A stretch of DNA of 40,652 nt from an uncultured Candidatus Saccharibacteria bacterium (GTDB taxonomy: Bacteria; Patescibacteriota; Minisyncoccia; Phycocordibacterales; DATGWK01): NCBI GenBank assembly GCA_964356815.1, contig CAYHIR010000006.1, forward strand, positions 1 to 40,652, written 5' to 3'. Shown piece by piece: positions 34,759 through 40,652 of this stretch. The notes under the pieces are model-generated. The model was not told the origin of the DNA. It worked only from the letters and a program-made list of their open reading frames with translations, and searched no databases. Position 1 is the first letter of the stretch. Every line of letters starts with the position of its first letter. The translations under genes were made by a program, and so were the position numbers.

Positions 34759-36123
34759 TTATGGCTCAATCTCAATATTTATTCTATCTGCAGAGCGCGG
34801 CAGGCTTCTAACCCAACCAGGATACATCTTTAATTTTGCTGAGGATACAGAAGGATTTGACGAGATTATTTGGCTAAAATCCGAGGCTTTTTTGCCCACA
34901 AGGGCGGTGCGAAGTGCGTCAGAATCTACTTTAGCGATGATATTTATTTTGCCAATAAGATCGAATTTTATTGGTTCTGATGATGAGAGGCCGGATTCAC
35001 TCTTATCTTTAAACGAGAACGAGAGCGATTCGATATTTTCGACTTCGAGCGGATCGATCGGCGCTTCTTTTGGAAATGAGCCAGCTTTTGCAAATTCGGC
35101 TACGATTTTTTCCTTATCAAAAAGTGCTCCCACCAGAGTGGCCTTTTTTCTGATTGATTTTGAATTGCCAGATTCTTCACCGGCTCCGGATGCGAGGGCG
35201 ACATTTTCAAAGGTTATTTTTGCTCCGTTACCAAAAAATACTTTGTCTGATGGCGTTTGGGTAAGAGCTCGAGACTTCAACATAGCCGTGAGCTCTTTTT
35301 CCATGGAAACTGAGGCCGCTTGAACATCGGCCTCTTTGGCCTTTTTTACCATACCCACAAAACCACCATGTATGGGGCTTTGGGGGTCGGATTTTGCGGT
35401 TATATTCTTGAAACGAGCGTCGCCGGCAAAGCCAGGGATAGTGAAGTCAGCTAGGCCGACATTGTGTTCTGGTCCAGCCACATCCGCGTAGACTCTAACC
35501 CTTAGACTTCCTGGTGTGCTTTGGGCGCCAATAGTCTTTTTACCGGGTACGGTGACAGCGTCTTGGATTCTAAAAATTTTACCAGTTGGGGTTTGAAAAC
35601 GAGTATTTTTAATGAGCGCTTGTGATGCACTACTGTGGTTGTTGTAAATGATGATATCGCCAGAGGCTTTCTCCTTCACTTCTTCTGTGCCGGTGGCTGG
35701 CACAACACGGCTCACCTCTTCGCTTACAGTGATTAGATTGTAGTCGACAGTGTTGAACGAAGTGTTTACATCAGCTGTCCATTGCTTTGGAACTATTTCC
35801 ACACTTGCTCTAACAAAAAAGACTGAGGAGAAATAAATCAGACAAACGAAAGCGACAGTGACTCCGCCCCAGACCAAAAGTCTACGCCGTCTAATAGTGC
35901 CCTCCGGGGTAGTAACAACATTTTCGATTTCGAACTGAGCTTTTTCTTCGGTAATTTCTGAGCGTGTGATATTTTCTGTTGAGCTTGTTGGCGAATCGGA
36001 AAAAGCACTCGAGCGACGAGCCCTCGGCTTTCTTTCTTTTATGATTTTAGAGTCCGAGAGAGGGACATTTCTGATAGAGCGACGGGGAGGAGGTAGGACA
36101 TCTTCTACAATTTTCTTCGGCAT
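34759..36123 (-). CDS. Single-pass membrane protein with baseplate J-like extracytoplasmic segment
   Basis: Basic N-terminus, one TM (LLVWGGVTVAFVCLIYFSSVFFV), KASGDIIIYN...NTRFQTPTGKIFRI...VRVYADVAGPEHNV pattern. Confidence 0.6.
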   Translation of the reverse strand: MPKKIVEDVLPPPRRSIRNVPLSDSKIIKERKPRARRSSAFSDSPTSSTENITRSEITEEKAQFEIENVVTTPEGTIRRRRLLVWGGVTVAFVCLIYFSSVFFVRASVEIVPKQWTADVNTSFNTVDYNLITVSEEVSRVVPATGTEEVKEKASGDIIIYNNHSSASQALIKNTRFQTPTGKIFRIQDAVTVPGKKTIGAQSTPGSLRVRVYADVAGPEHNVGLADFTIPGFAGDARFKNITAKSDPQSPIHGGFVGMVKKAKEADVQAASVSMEKELTAMLKSRALTQTPSDKVFFGNGAKITFENVALASGAGEESGNSKSIRKKATLVGALFDKEKIVAEFAKAGSFPKEAPIDPLEVENIESLSFSFKDKSESGLSSSEPIKFDLIGKINIIAKVDSDALRTALVGKKASDFSQIISSNPSVSSAKLKMYPGWVRSLPRSADRINIEIEP

Positions 36124-36177
36124 ATTTTTTTATTTTACGCGACAATCAAACTAAAGTAAATAATTTAACCTGAATAA

Positions 36178-37323
36178 TTAAGTGTGTAGATTGTTGAAAT
36201 ATAAAACAGCGACGGCGAGTGAAAGGTCGAGCTTGATAGCTGGTGAGTGTTCTACGAATGATTCGAGTGTTGTGGCATCGAGTGATACAGCATTCTGAAT
36301 ATGAGGATGAACGGCTTGCGTCCAGAAAGGGCCGGTGTCACTGTCGGCAGAAATGTACATTTTTTGTACGGAGTGATGATCGGGCAAGCTTTCGCGCACA
36401 ACCTGATCGATGTAAGCTAGCCACTCTTCTTTTATGGAAGATGTGTCTGTCTCGATACGCTTATTGAATGCGGCGTCGGCTCCACCGCGACTGTATGTGG
36501 CAAGAGAGGTGGCGGCCAGCTCTTTAGAAACATCTTGGCTTGCGGCGATCGATCGCACCAAATGATTTACACCGACTGGAAAAGAAAGAGTTTCGGCGAT
36601 TGCTCCGCCGTCTACCAATAGAAATTCGCTAAGCTCTGCGCCAATGTGCATAAAAGCGAATTGTTTTTCCGTGTGCCAAATTCTTGAAAAAGTATGAAAA
36701 CTTACGAAAGGTAGCGAGTGAAAAATAATCCTTTTTGCGGGTAAAATTGCCTCTATTGAATGGGTCGTCTGCTCGGCGAAATCTTTTGGAATGAAGCTTG
36801 CAAAAAGCAAGAGATCGAGCCTTTTTACCTTTTTGCCAAGAGGATTTTGACTCTCGTAGCCGTTGAGTCGGATATGGGCAATGCGCTCCTCTATAGAGAG
36901 CACTCCGGCGTCCATTTCGGATTTCATTTTAGCCGACTCTTTCACGGTAATTTCTCTGATGAGTTTTTCTGTCACAAAAAAGGCCTCCGTTTTTTCATAC
37001 GATACTCCCCTTGTGCGAGCGCTAAACCAAGGCGACGAGCAGACGACATCGACTTCGGTAAATTTCGCTTTGGAATTTTTGCGAATTTCTCCTAAAACTT
37101 TTTCTAGTGCCTGTTTGGTGTCCGACATTAAAGACACTGAGTCGATTTTGGCGCGAATAGGCAGAGAAATTCTTGTTTGATATTCGATCTTTGGTCGCGA
37201 AGTGGTTTTGCCATTCCCAGCACCACTTAGAAAGACCACTGCGCCACCAATGCTTCCACTAGCAATGTCGATCACGATCCGAGATTGAGAATTTTGTTTG
37301 TTGGAAAAAAAAGAGAAAGCCAT
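36178..37323 (-). CDS. FtsA/PilM-like actin-fold protein (divergent)
   Basis: VIDIASGSIG (phosphate-1-like), FMHIGAELSE (phosphate-2-like), FPVGVNHLVRSIA. Confidence 0.6.
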   Translation of the reverse strand: MAFSFFSNKQNSQSRIVIDIASGSIGGAVVFLSGAGNGKTTSRPKIEYQTRISLPIRAKIDSVSLMSDTKQALEKVLGEIRKNSKAKFTEVDVVCSSPWFSARTRGVSYEKTEAFFVTEKLIREITVKESAKMKSEMDAGVLSIEERIAHIRLNGYESQNPLGKKVKRLDLLLFASFIPKDFAEQTTHSIEAILPAKRIIFHSLPFVSFHTFSRIWHTEKQFAFMHIGAELSEFLLVDGGAIAETLSFPVGVNHLVRSIAASQDVSKELAATSLATYSRGGADAAFNKRIETDTSSIKEEWLAYIDQVVRESLPDHHSVQKMYISADSDTGPFWTQAVHPHIQNAVSLDATTLESFVEHSPAIKLDLSLAVAVLYFNNLHT

Positions 37324-37333
37324 TAATCATTAA

Positions 37334-39175
37334 TTATAACTCAAGCGTGGCTTTTATGCGCCGGACGCCTTGGGATACAGCTTCTTCTTTGGCAATTTTA
37401 AAACGACCGAGCTCTTGGGTGTTTTCTACATGCGGTCCACCACAAATCTCTCGACTGAAAATTTCATTGCTTTTGTCGCCAACCGTCGCGTTTTGCCCGC
37501 CGATTGTATAGACAGTTACTGTGTCGGGGTATCGTTCACCGAAAACACCCACCGCACCGAGCTCGCGAGCTTTTTCGAGCGACATTGATTCAAAAGAAAC
37601 AGGCAGAGCGGCGGTGATTTTTTCATTCACAATATCTTCGACAGCTTTTTTCTGCTCGTCTGTCATTTTTGCATCGTGAGAAAAGTCGAAACGTAGACGC
37701 TCTGGTGTGATATTGCTTCCCTTTTGATTTACCCCGTCACCGAGAACTTTTTTAAGTGCGGCATTCAAAAGATGTGTAGCGGTGTGATACTTCACTGACA
37801 TTTCGCTAGTGTCACCAAGACCACCTTTGAATTTTTGCTCGGCGCCAGCTCGAGAGAGGTTTTGATGTCGTTCCATTTCTAGGTCGAAGCCGGCCAAGTC
37901 GATGAAAATGTTGTTCTTTTTAGCAAAATCAGAAACTAAGTCGGCAGGAAAACCGTAAGTTGAGAAAAACTCGAATATTTCTTGACCGGTGATGGTTTTG
38001 CCATCGGCTGGATAGCTAGAGAATCTTTTTTCGAGCATCGCCAAGCCTTTTTCGAGAGTTTTTTTAAATTTTTCTGATTCGGAGGTGATTACCGCCGTGA
38101 TTTGATCGGATTTGGCCTTTATTTCCGGATAAACTTCTTCATAAGTATGTGCGACGGCATTTACAAAGCTGACGATCTCTTCAGCAGATAAATTTTTCTC
38201 GTCGGTTAGGAAAATTGCGCGGCGTAAAAGACGACGCAAAATATATCCTTTGTCTGTATTCGAAGGCAAAACGCCATCGACAATCATAAACACGGCAGTG
38301 CGGATGTGGTCGGCGATGATTCTTTGTGATCTGAGTGAAGACGAAACTTTTTTTGCTTCGCCGAAGATTTTTTCGAAAATATCAATGTCGAAAATATTGT
38401 CGACGCCTTGCATGACCATGAGCAGACGCTCAAAACCGGCACCAGTGTCGACATTTTTTTGATTTAGTCGACCAATAAGCTTGCCATTTTGCTTCTCATA
38501 TTCCATGAAGACATCGTTCCATATCTCAACAATTTTTTGCGAGTCTTCGGCGGCGATAAAATCCTCTATCGATTCAAGATCACCGACATCGCCCGAAACA
38601 TCGTAAAACATTTCGGTGCTTGGGCCGGTTGGACCTGTCCAGCCGCTGTCCGTTTGATTATCGCCTGTCGTTTTTTTCACGGCTGGCCACCAGTTTGAAT
38701 CGGCATCTTTGTAGAAAATCCGATTTTTAGACATGCCGACTTTAACCCAAATTTCTACAGATTCCATATCTTTCGCGACATTTTCATCGCCAGAAAAAAC
38801 GGTGACATAAAGCCTGTTTGGATCGAGGCCTAGACCGGTAGATTTTGAGGTTAAAAATTCATAGCTCCAAGCAATCGCTTTTTCTTTGAAATAATCGCCG
38901 AGCGACCAGTTGCCCAACATTTCAAAAAAAGTGGCGTGAGTTTTATCGCCGATGTCTTCGATGTCTGTGGTGCGAACGCATTTTTGAAAATTGGCTAGGC
39001 GGCTGCCTTTCGGATGCTTGGTACCCATAAGATATGGCACGAGCGGTTGCATGCCGGCAGTATTAAAAAGCGCGGTCGGATCGTTTTCTGGAACGAGCGA
39101 TGCTGAAGGTAAAATAGCGTGATCGCGATCTTTAAAGAAGCCTAAAAAACGCCTCCGAAGCTCTGCTGATTTCAT
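37334..39175 (-). CDS. alaS: Alanine--tRNA ligase, lacking the C-Ala domain
   Basis: FNTAGMQP, FFEMLGNWS, DTGAGFERL, DHIRT; editing motifs HTATH and EICGGPH; ends at GVRRIKA. Confidence 0.95.
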   Translation of the reverse strand: MKSAELRRRFLGFFKDRDHAILPSASLVPENDPTALFNTAGMQPLVPYLMGTKHPKGSRLANFQKCVRTTDIEDIGDKTHATFFEMLGNWSLGDYFKEKAIAWSYEFLTSKSTGLGLDPNRLYVTVFSGDENVAKDMESVEIWVKVGMSKNRIFYKDADSNWWPAVKKTTGDNQTDSGWTGPTGPSTEMFYDVSGDVGDLESIEDFIAAEDSQKIVEIWNDVFMEYEKQNGKLIGRLNQKNVDTGAGFERLLMVMQGVDNIFDIDIFEKIFGEAKKVSSSLRSQRIIADHIRTAVFMIVDGVLPSNTDKGYILRRLLRRAIFLTDEKNLSAEEIVSFVNAVAHTYEEVYPEIKAKSDQITAVITSESEKFKKTLEKGLAMLEKRFSSYPADGKTITGQEIFEFFSTYGFPADLVSDFAKKNNIFIDLAGFDLEMERHQNLSRAGAEQKFKGGLGDTSEMSVKYHTATHLLNAALKKVLGDGVNQKGSNITPERLRFDFSHDAKMTDEQKKAVEDIVNEKITAALPVSFESMSLEKARELGAVGVFGERYPDTVTVYTIGGQNATVGDKSNEIFSREICGGPHVENTQELGRFKIAKEEAVSQGVRRIKATLEL

Positions 39176-39200
39176 ACGGGCATTATACTAGATTTTTGGA

Positions 39201-39818
39201 TTATGCGAGCCCCTTCAACACCTTGAAGTCTTCGAGGAGCATCTTTTTGCCCGTGCCGCCGTAGAGTGCGAAAGCTGGGTGATAGAAAGTGACAATTTTT
39301 ATCGGGCCGTACAGAGCCTGCGCATCGAAAGATTTGCCGTGAATTTTGGAAATTGGCTCGAGTTCAAGGTCCAGGTCAAATTTTTTCATGATGTAATTCA
39401 TCGAAAACCGACCGAGTGTGGCAATAATTTTTGGCTGAATGATTTCTATCTGACGATCGAGAAATGGCGCGTAAATAGCGATTTCTTCCGGCATCGGATC
39501 ACGATTTTCTGGCGGTCTGTCTTTTACGACATTTGTAACATACACAGACTGACGCGCGATTTCTACCGACGCCAAAAGCTCATCAAGAATTCTTCCCGAC
39601 GCACCGCAAAATGGCCGGCCACTTTTTGCTTCATTTAGCCCCGGCGCTTCGCCCACAAACATTATTTTTGCAAAATGATCTCCTTCGCCAATGACTGGAA
39701 AAACGCCATTTTTAACTCGCTCGGCATAGAGTGGAGACGCAGAAAGTGCCATGACTTCATCTTTTACTTGCTTGAGGAGATTTTTTCGAGTTTCGGGAGA
39801 AGAAATAGAGTTTGGCAT
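39201..39818 (-). CDS. Uracil-DNA glycosylase, family 4-like
   Basis: FVGEAPG, GRPF.G.SG, YVTNVVK.RPPENR.P, TLGRFS, YHPA. Confidence 0.92.
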   Translation of the reverse strand: MPNSISSPETRKNLLKQVKDEVMALSASPLYAERVKNGVFPVIGEGDHFAKIMFVGEAPGLNEAKSGRPFCGASGRILDELLASVEIARQSVYVTNVVKDRPPENRDPMPEEIAIYAPFLDRQIEIIQPKIIATLGRFSMNYIMKKFDLDLELEPISKIHGKSFDAQALYGPIKIVTFYHPAFALYGGTGKKMLLEDFKVLKGLA

Positions 39819-39835
39819 AAAGATGATTTTATCAT

Positions 39836-39879
39836 AAAAGAAAACCGCCCCCCGAACGGTTTCTTCCGTTGGTGGGCGG
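39836..39879 (-). terminator. Intrinsic terminator after the XRE-like gene
   Basis: Minus strand CCGCCCACCAACGG-AAGAAA-CCGTTCGGGGGGCGG followed by TTTTCTTTT. Confidence 0.7.
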
Positions 39880-39889
39880 GTACGACTAC

Positions 39890-40309
39890 CTACTTCTTCG
39901 TAGGACTCATTTGTTCGAGCAGTTTCAAGACGAGTTCCGGTGTAAGATCTCCGTTGAGTTGTTTCCTTACCTCCACAAGCCTGATCAGCTGATGTAATGT
40001 AACGGAGTCCGGCTTAGCTGCCGCCACCTCTTGAATGACGGCGACGATGTTTAAGTCGTTCATTCCTGAAACATATACCGGACTAGTGCGACTTCTCGAT
40101 ATCGTTACTCCCCTCTTTTTCAACTCAGCCACAGACACATTCACGATAGTGCCGAATCTCTCCAGTGCTTCAGCGGGAAATCGCGCTCGAGATATCCAGG
40201 CTCTGAGTGAAGTGCAAGGAGTCTTCATCTCTTTGGAAATGTTCTCGAAACTTCTCTTTGTTCCTCTAACGTATTGTCGAAGAAACTCGGGCGCCTTGTT
40301 TTTGGCCAT
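39890..40309 (-). CDS. Hypothetical protein with XRE/Cro-like helix-turn-helix
   Basis: SFENISKEMKTPCTSLRAWISRARFPAEALERFGTIVNVSVAEL fits the XRE pattern; AAGGAGG 5 nt before ATG. Confidence 0.6.
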   Translation of the reverse strand: MAKNKAPEFLRQYVRGTKRSFENISKEMKTPCTSLRAWISRARFPAEALERFGTIVNVSVAELKKRGVTISRSRTSPVYVSGMNDLNIVAVIQEVAAAKPDSVTLHQLIRLVEVRKQLNGDLTPELVLKLLEQMSPTKK

Positions 40310-40337
40310 ACCTTCCTCCTTTCTGGTTCTAATTAAT

Positions 40338-40366
40338 ATACTAGAACATATATTCTAACATGTCAA
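40338..40366 (-). promoter_or_regulatory. Sigma70 promoter with an overlapping palindrome (candidate operator)
   Basis: TTGACA (40366-40361), 17 bp spacer, TAGTAT (40343-40338); TAGAAcATATaTTCTA at 40342-40357. Confidence 0.65.
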
Positions 40367-40388
40367 ATTTTGATTGAACACAAAATAA

Positions 40389-40652
40389 TCAGAACAAGCT
40401 CTCTGATTGCGCCTCAATTTTTTTACTTGCCACTTTTTTCTTGGTAACAGTTTTTTTCTTTGGCGCATCCAAATCTTTTTCTTCAGAATTTTCTCCCACC
40501 CCAGTCTCCCCATTAACCGTCTTTATATACGTACAATATTCACAAATTGGCGATGGAGCCGGTACACTAGACAGCATCAAGTTTTCTTTAAGTTTAAATA
40601 AAGTTTTTTCGATCCACGCATCGGAGCCTTTATATGGAATGATGATGACATC
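40389..40652 (-). CDS. 3' end of a gene cut by the window edge; probable PD-(D/E)XK (Cas4/AddB-like) nuclease
   Basis: Frame open from the edge: DVIIIPYKGSDAWIEKTL...PAPSPICEYCTY followed by an acidic and Lys-rich tail. Confidence 0.5.
   Translation of the reverse strand, partial: DVIIIPYKGSDAWIEKTLFKLKENLMLSSVPAPSPICEYCTYIKTVNGETGVGENSEEKDLDAPKKKTVTKKKVASKKIEAQSESLF

Noticed and set aside
34759-36123. Prophage suggested by the baseplate J-like gene
   Set aside because: No other virion, integrase or lysis genes; the protein has a TM anchor and sits among core genes
443-40601. Numerous 60-170 aa ORFs antisense to or overlapping recognised genes
   Set aside because: Shadow frames of conserved genes, with no motifs or expression signals
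1-40652. rRNA, tRNA, CRISPR arrays, transposases
   Set aside because: None recognised; intergenic spaces are short and accounted for, although small RNAs could be missed by eye

Overview
A 40.7 kb stretch of a streamlined bacterial chromosome using genetic code 11. Gene content and style suggest Patescibacteria/CPR, probably Parcubacteria (inference): truncated AlaRS and L13, L9 present, very few Shine-Dalgarno sites, many apparently leaderless genes. Most of it is housekeeping: rplU, recR, dnaB, cysS, a CorA-like channel, an S41 protease, rplI, rpmA, a MacB/LolCDE-type ABC exporter with adaptor, a trpS-scpA-scpB-dac-mraY-ftsW-murG-gltX-M23 run followed by a GH1/EamA/clan GH-A cassette, an infA-rpmJ-rpsM-rpsK-rpsD-rpoA-rplQ-rplM-rpsI run joined to grpE-dnaK-dnaJ, an FtsA/PilM-like plus baseplate-J-like gene pair, alaS and a family-4 UDG. 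I found no rRNA, tRNA, CRISPR array or transposase. The strongest unexplained signal is intergenic. A ~117 nt three-way-junction element occurs twice in opposite orientation (1067-1183 and 7067-7185) with compensatory base changes. Other intergenic signals: GA-mismatch-rich hairpin and four-way-junction elements between cysS and dnaB (one with an internally deleted copy at ~12.3 kb), a pseudoknot/terminator leader on a lysozyme-like gene, inverted arms around an AT-rich putative endonuclease gene, and three orphan genes each with its own promoter, strong SD and terminator. All structures were paired by eye and all family calls come from motif recognition; no searches were run.
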